Of a DNA stretch of 59,292 nt, positions 18,958-30,200 are shown piece by piece. A program made the position numbers and the translations under genes. The stretch spans positions 1-59,292 of the IMG/VR virus record IMGVR_UViG_3300030708_002074. The stretch is one strand, 5' to 3'. Positions within the stretch are counted from its first letter, which is position 1. Every line of letters starts with the position of its first letter. A model generated the notes under the pieces. That model worked only from the letters and a program-made list of their open reading frames with translations, did not search any database and had not been told where the DNA came from. Source of the DNA: a virus. Taxonomy: Duplodnaviria > Caudoviricetes.

Positions 18958-18986
18958 AGTATGGCGAAGAAGAAGCGGTCCTTCAA
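18958..18986 (-). promoter_or_regulatory. sigma70-type promoter for the replication operon
   Basis: TTGAAG-17 nt-CATACT on the minus strand, lying over the terL start. Confidence 0.5.
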
Positions 18987-20748
18987 GACGATACTGGAGC
19001 CACGCATCGATCCAAAGACCAAGAAGATGGATGTTGGGGGGCTGCTCATACCCCCAACGAGTCTCTTGACAGGGTTATTGTATGGTTTTGCAAACCACGA
19101 TGCTCCACGCGCAAAGGAGTTTTACTTCTGGCGTGTGTGCGATGAGCTTTGGAACAACGCAGATTTACCAGAAAAGCTTATGGTAAAGCATCCGTGGGCT
19201 GAAAAAATGATACGGGCTGCAATAAAAAATAAATATCTGTCGATTGGTGGTTCTGCATCATCAGGAAAAAGCCACACGATGGCCGCGTGGGGCATTGTCA
19301 ACTGGTTATCGCAACCACAGGATACCCTTGTTTTGATGACATCCACTACTTTGCGGGAAGCAAGGAAACGGATATGGGGTTCTGTAATGACGCTGCTTAC
19401 CGTTATTGAAGGCGCACCAATAAAGATAAGAGACTCAATAGGTAACGCAAGTTACGTAAACGAAAATGGAACACTCATTGAGAGGGCAGGACTTTCACTG
19501 GTAGCCGCCGAGAAAGCAAGAACGCGGGAGGCGACCAATAAGCTTATCGGTATAAAGCAAAAACGAGTTATCCTGATTGGGGATGAGCTTTCTGAGATTT
19601 CTGAAAGCATCGTAAACGCTGGTCTGACAAACCTTTCTAAGAACCCCCACTTCCAAATGATTGGGATGTCTAACCCGAATAGCCGTTTCGACGCTTTTGG
19701 GGTTTGGTCTGAACCTAAGAATGGATGGGACTCTGTTGACACCAATGTCGATGACACATGGAAAACTAAGTGGGATGGTCGGTATTTAAGGCTCGATGGG
19801 GAGCGAAGCCCCAATGTCCTCGCAGGGGAGGTTATTTATCCGTGGCTTCCCACACAGCAAAAGCTTGATGAGGATAGAGCTTTGTTGGGGGAAGAGTCGC
19901 GGGGTTATATGCGAATGGTCCGTGCCGTATTTTTTGACTCTGATGAAACTACAGGCATATACACCGAGAATGAGCTGACCATGAGCGGGGCCATGAACCG
20001 TGTAGAATGGGAGGGGGCAACTACCAAAGTAGCGGGGCTTGACCCTGCATTTACAAACGGGGGTGACCGGACCATTTTATACACTGCTACTGTCGGGTAT
20101 AATAAAAACGGACATTACGTAATAGAGTTCGGCAAGGCTATTCACCTTAATGATGACGCGACAAACAAAGCGGTCCCTCGCACATATCAAATTGTCCGAC
20201 AGATTAAGGAGCACTGCGAAAAAAACAAAATTCTGGCAGAGAATGTAGCCGTTGATGCCACGGGAGCGGGCGCTCCTTTTTGTGATGTTCTCGCGGGTGA
20301 GTGGTCGAACAAATTCATGCGTGTCGGATTCGGGGGGAAAGCTAGTGACAAGAGGGTAAGTGCTAGTAGTCAGTTAGTTGGAGAAGAACTCTATATGAAT
20401 AGAGCCTCTGAACTGTGGTTCGTTGGAAAAGAATTGATGCGGACCAAGCAGGTGTTCGGAATCACTGCAAATCTGGCCAGTGAAATGACCAGCCGAAACT
20501 ACGACATGGTAAAAAGCGGAACGCTACGTGTTAAAATCGAGTCCAAGCCTGAGTTTAAATCTAGGTTTGGCAGCAGCCCAGACCTTGCAGACGCAGCGTT
20601 TCTAGCCTTGGATTGTGCTAGACAGCGTTTGGGTCTGGTAGCAGTTGACCCCCCTAAAGAGGGCGCAAAGAATTATAATAAACGCCCAAAGACAATTAAG
20701 GATCTAGGGAGAGCTTTGCAGAACTCAGGTGCTGTTTTGCTTGATTGA
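18961..20748 (+). CDS. terL: Terminase large subunit
   Basis: Walker A GSASSGKS, Walker B ILIGDE, motif III GMSNP, nuclease motifs GLDPA, VAVDATG and SPDLADA. Confidence 0.9.
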   Translation: MAKKKRSFKTILEPRIDPKTKKMDVGGLLIPPTSLLTGLLYGFANHDAPRAKEFYFWRVCDELWNNADLPEKLMVKHPWAEKMIRAAIKNKYLSIGGSASSGKSHTMAAWGIVNWLSQPQDTLVLMTSTTLREARKRIWGSVMTLLTVIEGAPIKIRDSIGNASYVNENGTLIERAGLSLVAAEKARTREATNKLIGIKQKRVILIGDELSEISESIVNAGLTNLSKNPHFQMIGMSNPNSRFDAFGVWSEPKNGWDSVDTNVDDTWKTKWDGRYLRLDGERSPNVLAGEVIYPWLPTQQKLDEDRALLGEESRGYMRMVRAVFFDSDETTGIYTENELTMSGAMNRVEWEGATTKVAGLDPAFTNGGDRTILYTATVGYNKNGHYVIEFGKAIHLNDDATNKAVPRTYQIVRQIKEHCEKNKILAENVAVDATGAGAPFCDVLAGEWSNKFMRVGFGGKASDKRVSASSQLVGEELYMNRASELWFVGKELMRTKQVFGITANLASEMTSRNYDMVKSGTLRVKIESKPEFKSRFGSSPDLADAAFLALDCARQRLGLVAVDPPKEGAKNYNKRPKTIKDLGRALQNSGAVLLD

Positions 20749-20773
20749 CATGAAAAGCCTTAAATCATAATAT
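20745..20773 (+). promoter_or_regulatory. sigma70-type promoter for the ejection-protein operon
   Basis: TTGACA-17 nt-TAATAT, followed by the inverted repeat TGCTAAA-GCAT-TTTAGCA (20773-20790). Confidence 0.7.
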
Positions 20774-20799
20774 GCTAAAGCATTTTAGCAACCTTTGCG

Positions 20800-21201
20800 A
20801 TGGCGCTTTTCCCTGACGATCTTGGTAATTACACGACGGGCAACCCCATGCTTGATTTTCTCTCAGGTGCGGACGGTGCTTCCTCTCCAACAGCCCCCGC
20901 TTCTACAAAAGGCACCGCTTCTACAAAAACAAACACAGCTACATTACCAGAAGCCGCAAAAGCAGAAGCAGAGCGGAAGAAAAAACAGGAGGAAGAAGAG
21001 GAGCGTAAAAGAAAAAAACGCGAAGCTGAAAAAAAAGCTGCGCTGAAACAAGCAGCTCCTAAACGAGACACAGGTGTGCAGGGAGCTGGAGCTTTAGGTG
21101 CTTCATCTACCTCAAGAACTTCACCTATGGCCCCCTATCGAGGACTTGGTAAGAACCCGAACACACGGATTAAGCAATACGGAGGCACTGTTGGCCTTTA
21201 A
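20800..21201 (+). CDS. Putative internal virion / ejection protein
   Basis: 133 aa, low complexity, charged helix, no Cys. Confidence 0.5.
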   Translation: MALFPDDLGNYTTGNPMLDFLSGADGASSPTAPASTKGTASTKTNTATLPEAAKAEAERKKKQEEEEERKRKKREAEKKAALKQAAPKRDTGVQGAGALGASSTSRTSPMAPYRGLGKNPNTRIKQYGGTVGL

Positions 21202-21213
21202 CAAAATTACATT

Positions 21214-23067
21214 ATGAGCACAGGAATCATTCCACTTCAAGGAGGCAACATCGGCCCATTCAACCCTTCTGCGGGAGGCAACATCGGCCCTCGTTTTTTT
21301 CCGAACGCTGGCCCAAGCATAAGAAATGTAAGAGGTCGGGTTGTTCCTCCAACCCCTCCACCTGTGCCCGCACAAGGTGGGAATTTATTGATGCGTGGTG
21401 CCCCCGCTGCTTCTGGAGGGCTTGGTGCTATAGGAAAAAGGGTTTTACTCCCAGCGTATCTTGGCTATGAAACCCAAAAACGCCTACCACACACAACCGA
21501 ACTGCTAGGGTTTCTAAAAGATGGGGAAGAAGGGGTTTTAGAAGCGAGGGAAAAAAGAGCTGAGTTGTTACAAGCAGACAGAGACACGTTTAGCGGGGGT
21601 TATAGTTTAGGTGAAATGGCAGATCGCGGCATAGCTGCGGTTTTTAATCCTGTATCTTTTGCTTCTGCTAATATTACTGGCCTTGCAGAATTGGCAGGAA
21701 TTGGAGAAGGTAACTATACAAACTTTGCTGCTACGGACCCAATGAATGTTGGAGCCAGAGGTGAAGCAGGTGAGGAGGCTAAGGAATTAGGCATAAAAAG
21801 AAGTTTGGGGAGGCGGGAAGTAATTAGTGATATGTTTCAGGGCCTTGAAAACGAGGGCCTTGAATTCACACCCCAAAAGTTTTTTGACGTAAATAGAAGT
21901 GCTTCGCGTAATGCGGGTCGTTTTTTGATGGGTCGTCCTGCTGATCCTCAGTTTTCTGAGTCTGAAAAAGAACAGATTTTAGAAACTGAAAGGCTGGCAG
22001 CAGAACGTAAAGGGCGTAGCCCACGTTCTTATGAAGAAATAATGGAAAGCAAACAAAGAGCAACTGCTAAGAGTGCTAAGTTGTTTTTTGATCAGGGCGA
22101 TAGGGAATACCTTGCAAACCTTGCAAAGAATGACCCCGAGCGGTTGATGAATAAGTTTGATGTTCGTGGCGCTAGGACTGGTTTTGATGATGATGGAAAC
22201 CCTGTTTATGACAGCACGCCAGATGGAAAACTGGACCCCGAAGAAAGAATGTTGCTGTTTAATCCTAAAACTGGGATCAAGCAGATGCGTGCTGATGATG
22301 AAGCAGTCGCTAAGAAAAAAGCAGACGAGGAAGCAGCAGCTAAAAAAGAACGTAAAAGGGAACGCAAACTAATGCGTGATTTTGATGATGAGGTTTTTGA
22401 TGATCTCATGCGTTCTGAGAAGCAGAGAGAAGACAACGAGAAAGCTCAAAGAAGAGCAGAACGTCGATTCATGCGCGACCTTGATGATGAAGCTTTCAGC
22501 GATCTGATGTATGAAGGTCGGCAAAGAGATGCGGGTCGGCGTGCCTTAGCTAAAGATTTAGAAAGCCAATTTGCTTACAGCGACCGCCCGTCGAGCGCAT
22601 TCCAAAATCCAGAGACCAGAGAGAAGTTGATGGTTGATGCGTATAGAAGGGGGAAAGAATTAGGACTTAGTGAAGGGCAGATACAAAGATTTCTTAGCAA
22701 CCGAAATCTTTTGGATAGAGGGTTCAGTGAATCTTACGAAGACTTCTATAACAGGAACACGCAAGGTGGCGGCTTGAGCATCGGCAAGCTGGGGGCCAGA
22801 CGACAAGTTGGTTCCAGAGGAGGTGCTGTAACCACCGATGCGGGTCGGCAAGCGCAATCCAGAAGGGATGAGTTAGCGCGACAAATAGCTTTACTCAATA
22901 TGCAAAGAGGTTCAAGGGTATCACAGCAACCTCTGTTTAATCCTGTGGAGTCAAATCCCCAATTCGGAATGGTGCGCCCCATTGTCGGGTATAGACAGAC
23001 AATGCCGCCCCAACCAATATATGGTCCGCCCATGTCGTCCCTTACAAACACAATGCCTAGTTCGTAA
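21214..23067 (+). CDS. Putative internal virion / ejection protein
   Basis: 617 aa, Gly/charged-rich, no Cys seen; internal duplications GGNIGP x2 and MRDxDDExFxDLM x2. Confidence 0.55.
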   Translation: MSTGIIPLQGGNIGPFNPSAGGNIGPRFFPNAGPSIRNVRGRVVPPTPPPVPAQGGNLLMRGAPAASGGLGAIGKRVLLPAYLGYETQKRLPHTTELLGFLKDGEEGVLEAREKRAELLQADRDTFSGGYSLGEMADRGIAAVFNPVSFASANITGLAELAGIGEGNYTNFAATDPMNVGARGEAGEEAKELGIKRSLGRREVISDMFQGLENEGLEFTPQKFFDVNRSASRNAGRFLMGRPADPQFSESEKEQILETERLAAERKGRSPRSYEEIMESKQRATAKSAKLFFDQGDREYLANLAKNDPERLMNKFDVRGARTGFDDDGNPVYDSTPDGKLDPEERMLLFNPKTGIKQMRADDEAVAKKKADEEAAAKKERKRERKLMRDFDDEVFDDLMRSEKQREDNEKAQRRAERRFMRDLDDEAFSDLMYEGRQRDAGRRALAKDLESQFAYSDRPSSAFQNPETREKLMVDAYRRGKELGLSEGQIQRFLSNRNLLDRGFSESYEDFYNRNTQGGGLSIGKLGARRQVGSRGGAVTTDAGRQAQSRRDELARQIALLNMQRGSRVSQQPLFNPVESNPQFGMVRPIVGYRQTMPPQPIYGPPMSSLTNTMPSS

Positions 23068-24191
23068 TGGCTACCTTCAACCCTATCGCGCCTGACGAAA
23101 TCTACGGTGCTCTCCAGCCGCAAAACATGGCTGGGGGTATGCGCGGTCAGATGTTTGGACCTGAAACAATAGCAGGTATGCTACCTACTGATGATATGAA
23201 TCAGAGGGAGCGACAAGCAGCTATGCAGGATGTGCAACAAATGCAGAGCATGTTGAATGCGGCAAGGGCACGGCAGGATAAAGCGGCTATTGACATGGAG
23301 AAGTTGCGTATGCAGCAAGAGTCCCATCGCATGGCAATGCGGGCGGCAGACATCAATGCGAGAAAGTCTTTGTTTGATTTGCAGAAAACTATGGAAGATT
23401 CCAAGCGCGAGTCTACCATCATGCAAAGGATGCCAGAAGTTTTGAGTCAGCTTGATGCAATCGATAAAGATCCTGAACTTAATAACTTCCAAAAAGCTAG
23501 CGAAGCCGCCCGTCTAAGGGGGCGTTATTCAATGGATATTGGGCAAGTTCCCTCTCTTGGTGGTCTTTTTGACGCATATCAAACTTCCATCGGATCTAGG
23601 AAAGCGAGCGAGAAAGAAAAGTTTGAGCGTGGGTTCAGATTTGGTCAGGTAGGTTTTGATCCCGACACAACAAATGCTGAGTTTGCAGCGGGTATGCGTA
23701 AGCGGACGCAGGACAAAGCTGACAAAGCGGCGGCTGCGCTAGCAAAAGAAGACGAGTTGACTTTTCTTAAAACAAGAGAAGGTCTTTTCTCAGATATTGA
23801 AAAACGTATTAACGATTTAGATACGGTTGGGGTTCTTGCTGACAAACCTGATTTAGAGGGTTTAGGAGACTTAGATGAATCAACAGCCCTTGCTATTGGA
23901 AGTTTGCTTGACGGATCTAAAATAGATCCGTCTAAGCCGAAACAATACACACCCGAAGCAAGAGTAGAAGCTGTGGACCTCGCCATCAGGATTGGCACCC
24001 TTCAAGGGATGAATAGGGCACAAATAGAAGAGTTCATTGGTCAGTCCTCTGATATGACTAAGTTTGTGCCCACGCTTAAAAGAAAACTTTACGATCTCAA
24101 GGTAGAAAATATCAAGAGACAAGGAACCATTTTTGGATACGACTCCGAAACTAACTCCAGCCCTAACAAAATAGGCGACTGGGGGCCTTAA
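23067..24191 (+). CDS. Putative internal virion / ejection protein
   Basis: 374 aa, Gln/Met/Ala-rich helical protein, no Cys seen. Confidence 0.55.
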   Translation: MATFNPIAPDEIYGALQPQNMAGGMRGQMFGPETIAGMLPTDDMNQRERQAAMQDVQQMQSMLNAARARQDKAAIDMEKLRMQQESHRMAMRAADINARKSLFDLQKTMEDSKRESTIMQRMPEVLSQLDAIDKDPELNNFQKASEAARLRGRYSMDIGQVPSLGGLFDAYQTSIGSRKASEKEKFERGFRFGQVGFDPDTTNAEFAAGMRKRTQDKADKAAAALAKEDELTFLKTREGLFSDIEKRINDLDTVGVLADKPDLEGLGDLDESTALAIGSLLDGSKIDPSKPKQYTPEARVEAVDLAIRIGTLQGMNRAQIEEFIGQSSDMTKFVPTLKRKLYDLKVENIKRQGTIFGYDSETNSSPNKIGDWGP

Positions 24192-24225
24192 TACACATAC
24201 ACCTACATAACCTAGTCTTGCTGCT

Positions 24226-27200
24226 ATGTCAGAAGAACCGTTTAACCCGCTTGATCGACTCAATCTAACAGGCCCCGATGGGCCTTTGTCTGTCAATAAA
24301 CTAGAAGTTACCAGCTACGACGATTGGTCAAGTGGTCAGCCTTCCCAAGATCCTATTCAGGCGCACCTTGGTTATGGGGATTACCTGCGCGAAGAATACA
24401 TAAAGAATAAAAGCTACAACGAAGACGTTGAAGTAAGTATTCAAAGTGAATTAGGCGAAGCACTAGCTGCAAAAGGTCTTCTCACAAATGAGAATAGTGA
24501 TGCCGTTGTATCTCAGATAGACGCATACAACGAGCCAACACTAGATCAACAAGTGCGCGACATGGTAGCGCACACTTCATTGGAGCAAGATGAATGGCAC
24601 AACGGCAACGCCTACCTTGAAAGGAATGAGGGTGTTAAAACGCCTGAAGAGATCGAGCGGTTAACGGAAAACGCTCTCGCTTCTGTCAACGCGACACGGA
24701 ACGATGTGCTCCAAGCAAAGCTAGATGCGGGCGAGATTAGTTTTGGAAGGTTTACTGACGCTCAAGGCAACAGTTTCATCAAGGCGGGTGACTCTGCTAT
24801 GGATTTGCCACTACATGAAGCCTTGCGTAGATCAAAAGCGGCAGGGGGAGGTGTTAGTCTGAGTGACGCAATAGGCATTGAGCAGGTTGGTTTGCTTAAA
24901 GTAGCTGATGGGATGAATATCCCCCGCTACAAAATGATCCAGCTTGGTGAAATTGAGAGCTTGGTAAGATCTGAAATAGCTAATGATGATAATTTGTCTA
25001 TCCAGTTAGAAGCCATTGGTAAAAGGATGGCTGAGAGAGACTATAGTTCTTTTGATCATTTTGAAGAAGGGTTCAGAAAATCAGTAGGGAGCACTGTCAG
25101 AACAATTTTTGAACCTATTATTGGAACCCTTGGAGGTTCCATGCCCTCTGGGGTAGCACGCGAAAAAGCGATTGATCAGGCAATGCTCGATGACATCGAC
25201 TCGACTGTTATGCGTGTTGCTAAGAAGTTTAATAAAAACCCAGAAGACGTTCGGTTGGCTATTCAGGAAGTAGCCATTCAAAATGCGCCACTTAAAGTAT
25301 TTAAGGATAAAGACAAATTAGCTCTTAACATACGGGATGATGGGTATGGACTGCCCTTTGTCCCTGTCGCAGTAAAACTCGATGACGATCTGTTTGAAAA
25401 GTCTCTTGCGGCTAGGACAGATCTCACTGCGGCTACAAAGAAAGCCATTATCGCAGAACGAGATTTCTTTGCTACAAATCACTTCAGTAACATTTCAAAT
25501 ATACTTGCGAACTCAGACCTTTCTAAGAAGTGGTTGGATCATTTGAATGCTGGGCGGGCTGCTAAAGTTTCCGACAAGGAAATACTTTTTTCGTTTACAT
25601 CAAACGAAGATAACAAACCGTATTTGGATCTTCCTATTTTTGGTGATCTTTATCTCAAAGGCAGCGATATCACCCGTCCATTTTCGACTGCGTTCTCTAC
25701 AGTCTTTGCATTGTCAGGGGCCGACTGGGCCAAAAAACATTTGGCTAATGTAGCCGAGGACCAGAATAACCGGAGAGAAATCGCTGAACTTTTTGGTGGC
25801 AAGTTGGGCATTGCTCAAGACCTTGCAACATTGATTCCTGAAGTAACTGTAGATATTGGGGCTACTGCACTACTAACTAGGTTCGGAGGCAAGGGTGTTG
25901 CAACCAAAGCTGCTGCTGTTAAAGCACCGCTCTACGCGAGCATGACAAAAAAAGGTGTCCTAAAAGCACTAACAACAAATGCTTTTAGGCGTGGTGTGGG
26001 TGAAACTACCGAAGAACTCGCAGAAAAGTTAGCGTCACAAAAGCTAATCCGTAGTGCTACCAGTAAAACAGCACTAGAAGCCCTTGAAGCTTACAACAAA
26101 GTAAACCTGAAGAACTTAACTGTAGGTGCTATTGGGATTACAGCAGCGAACAGATCCTCTGGGGCGACATACGGGAGTGTTTACAACTCTATGTTGAAAT
26201 CTGGGGCTTCTGAAGAAGAGGCTCATGACAGAGCACTGGGAACTGGCATGGTTGCAGGTGCCGTCACTGGATTAGTCACAGGTGGGTTCTCTTACTTTGG
26301 TCGCGGTGGTATGGAAGATGCCCTTTTGAGCGGTATGTCCTACCGCAACATGAAAACTGTCACTGAGCGTATTGTTCAAAAAGCACCTTACGCAAAATTA
26401 GATGGTGTGTCCGATGCTGTTTTCCAACAAGCAATCAAAGATTCTACGAAAGCAGTTCTGAAAGGTAACTTTTTTGGCAAGTCGTTTGTCAAAGCGGGGG
26501 CGGAAGAATTTGCGGAAGAGTCAATAGATGAATTTATAAATACCTTTGTTACGGATGCAGGTCTTGAACAAGACACTCCGTTCTTTGACCACCTCAAACA
26601 TTCCCTGTATGCAGGAACACTTGGGGGTATCTTGGGTGCTGGCGCTCCAGCGGTGAACGCAGCCGCAAGAAGACTGCGACCTGATCTTGTGGGAGATCTT
26701 ATCCAAGACGCTACCCTTGAGCAGAACCTAATCAACGATATTACAAACCGTCTTAGGGAGAGCAACAGTAGTGTTACTGCTGATGTTGTCCGAGATATTC
26801 TTACCAGAGACCTTACTCCTGACGCAGTTAGAACTCCAAGTCAGGAAGATATTGATGCACAAGAACTCGCACAGCAGGACGATAGCGAGGAGGTAAAACA
26901 ACAAGCGCAGTTTCTCCTTGAGATCATGCGGTCAACTCCCGAAGACCAGATCCAAGAAGAAGTTGATGCTGTGAGGAAACAGAGAAGATCCAGAAAATAC
27001 AGATCTGCTTACGCGCATAGTTCATTTGGTGATCAAATGGCTTACAGAGAAGATTTAGCGCAGCCCGTAATTATAAACGAGAAAGGTGAAGTGTCTGACT
27101 TGGCAGGTGTCGGGCTTACTCTAAGGACAGCGGAAGGGATAGACGAGTTTGATTACTTAGAGATGGGGATCGCTGTAGAAGATCTACCCAGATTGGAGAA

Positions 27201-30200
27201 GTTGATTCGCGCCAATCCAGATATCCTTGCGATGCCTGATTCTGAGTGGGCTACATATGACCCAGACTCTGGCGTAAGGGATTTCCGCGATCTCGATTTG
27301 ACTAAAGATCTTTTAAGTTCTTTAACAGAAACAGAATACGTTCAACTGGGGAGACTGCGTGACAGAAACAAAGTTTTCTACGCTGGCGGGGATACGGTTT
27401 ACGAAACAATGCCAGCCGAGGCAGTCCAACAAGCTATTATAAAAAGCAAGAACGTAGAAAATAAGAAGCCAACAAGCCAGATTGAGAGTGATGAATTCTT
27501 CACGGCTTACCATCTTTGGGAAATAGTTAATGAAGAAAGTGGGCAGCAAGAAGTATATTCCAGAGGGCAATACTTAACTAAAAAAGAAGCAGAGAAAGCA
27601 GCGGGCTTTAAAATGGAACTTGGTGGAGATCCTTCCGTGGAAGAGTTCCAAGCAAAGTCTAAGGTTAAGAGGGTAGATGATGACGGCAATGAAACTATAG
27701 TAGATCACCCGCTATTGGTTAAAAAAACCCGTGGAGAGGGAAAAGAAAAACCACGCACACCTAAAACGGTCACCAAGTATGAACTTGTTCGTGAAGGTGC
27801 GGTTGAAACGGAGGAGGTAGTAGAAAACATACCCGCAACAACTTTCAAAAAAGGCAATAAGGTTAAGTTTGTATTTATACTTGGCGACACAGAGTTTGAG
27901 GAGGGGGTAGTTGACAAAGATTACGATGGGGACGGGACGGTGGATGTCGCAGACTTAGATGGCAACGTATTCGGACTAGACCCAGAACAAATAATTACGG
28001 GTAAAAAACAAGCTACTAAAACCAAAGAGAAGAAAAGCGCCGATAAAGTTATCGGGACTTTTGATACTGAAGCTCAAGCACAAGCTGCGGCTAAAAAAGC
28101 AGAAGGAAAAACATTTGTTCGTAAGGTAACTAAGTCTGATAACGAGACAGTTTCTGTTGGGGATACTGTTAGTCAAGCTACTGACGAAGGTGGTGATCCT
28201 GTAATCGATAAGGTCCACGAAGAGTTGCTGGACCAAATCCAACAAAAAAATAAACGGATTAAGGTCCGAGACAAGGATGGCACTCCAAGATTTACTAAGG
28301 ACGAAGCGGCTAAGAAATTTGCAGAGCTTCTTGAGAAAGAAGAATCTAAAAAGCAGAAAAAAGAACTCACAGCGCAAGAAAAATTTGAGGCCATCCTTAA
28401 CAAGATAAATAAAGAAGAAAACAACGGGAGTCTTAGCCCCGATGCGGCTGAGATTGCTAAAGGCAAAGTATTAGGAAAACGCCTCAGAGAACTCACAAGG
28501 AAGAACAAAATAGAAGAAGCCAAGAAAATGGTGGCTGACGCAATTTCTTCTGGGAAGCCCGCTTACATTTACGATAGCAGCACTAAAAGTCTCAGGGAGG
28601 CTAAAATAAATGAGAAGACTGGGAAGGTTACTTTCAGTAAAAAGTCACGCCCCGTATTTGTAGAAAACATCGCTGGGGAAAAAGTATTCATTACGTCTAG
28701 TAGAGTTAGCGGCAAGACGGTGTTCCACAAAGTGGGAGAACAACCAGCAGACCCTGCGGGTGCCGGTGTTGTTTTCAGAACAAAAGAAAACTTTGTCAAA
28801 TTCTTGGAAGCTGGGTTAGATGTTACTGACCCAGTTAAAAATGTAAACTGGGCGGGGAATGTAAAAGCAAGCGAGCTTGAAGCGTTAAATAGAATTGTAG
28901 AAAATGGGCTACCCATAATCGGTGCTATGAGTGCCGATTCAGGCAGAACATTTGGTGTCGATACCACACGAAGAAATAAAAGACCGTTCTACAACAAGAT
29001 GCGGCAGTTAGTAGCCGAAAGGATATATAACCTGTTCCCAGTCATCAATGTGCGGCGACCCGTAAACGGGAAAGCTATTTACGCGAAGACCGCATTGACC
29101 GCTTATTCCCCGTGGGAGTTTATAAAAACCCCCGCAGGGCAAAAACTAGCGGCAAAGAAAGTAAGGACTACCTCACTTCGGCCAACAAATATTGGGGGTG
29201 TGTTCAGAGCGATTGCAGAAGCGGTCCCCATTTTAGAGCTTGATAAGAACAATAAACCTAAAGCACATAAACCTGTTGCCTTCGTTGATGAAAATGACGA
29301 GGGGGTCTTTGACAATGACCCAATATCCATGAAGGTTCTATTGGAAGAAGGCTACAGTGTTTATTTCCCAGACGATTTTGTTGGTAGGCTAAACCCAGCA
29401 TTCCGGTTTGCAAAGATAGGGACACGGCAGAAGTTGGTTGATATCAGGGGTGTTGGCTACACTGGGGATATTAGCAGCGTCAAGCAACGGAAAGCTGTAG
29501 TTGGCGATATCAATGTGGAGGGTTTCAGAAAAAAGGTAAAGTTTGCGTCTAAGTTCTTACGTAGAGGAACCGCTCAAGATGTTGAGATTGACGACCCTAA
29601 TAAGAGAGGTGCTAAGACCACACTCCGTCAAATGTTGATGGATCTCCATGACACAATCAACAACGCTTTCAAAGCTGAGACGTATGACCCCAAGGATGTT
29701 CAAGTAACTTCCATAGAAGAAACCTTTAAGTTTAGAGCTGATGAGCTTAAAGAGTTAGATGCAAGTTTAGATAGGGCGAACAAGCGTTTGGCAACTGGCA
29801 CTCCAGAAGAGCAGGAAGAAGCAGCACGGCAAATAGAAACGGTAAAAGCCAGAAGAGATCGCTTCTATGAAAACCTACGGGTTGATGTTTTAGCCGAGGC
29901 CAAAAAAATAGCTGACCCTGAAATCGAAAACCGTATTGCTACCTACGAAAATCTTTTGTTTGAACAAAGGGCCATTCAGGAGCGGCTAGGTTTAGCAGCC
30001 GGTGAAAAGGAAGTCGCTGGTAATCAAACGCAGATAGACGCTAACTATAGAATTATAGAACAAGCTGTATTCAAGAAAGAGGCAATCGCAAGGAGCGAAG
30101 GTCTTGGTGTGACACAAGATCCTTTTGTAGCACAAAATAAACTGCAAAGTTACCTCAAGCCCAAGCGTAAACAGCTCCCTTTAACTAAGGGTAATTTTGA

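Noticed and set aside
27919-27933. DYDGD in the giant protein as a two-barrel RNA polymerase catalytic motif
   Set aside because: The context (FKKGNKVKF...EGVV...DGTVDV) looks like a beta-turn in a small SH3/KOW-like barrel. No other polymerase motifs of either class were seen. Structure prediction is needed to exclude it fully.
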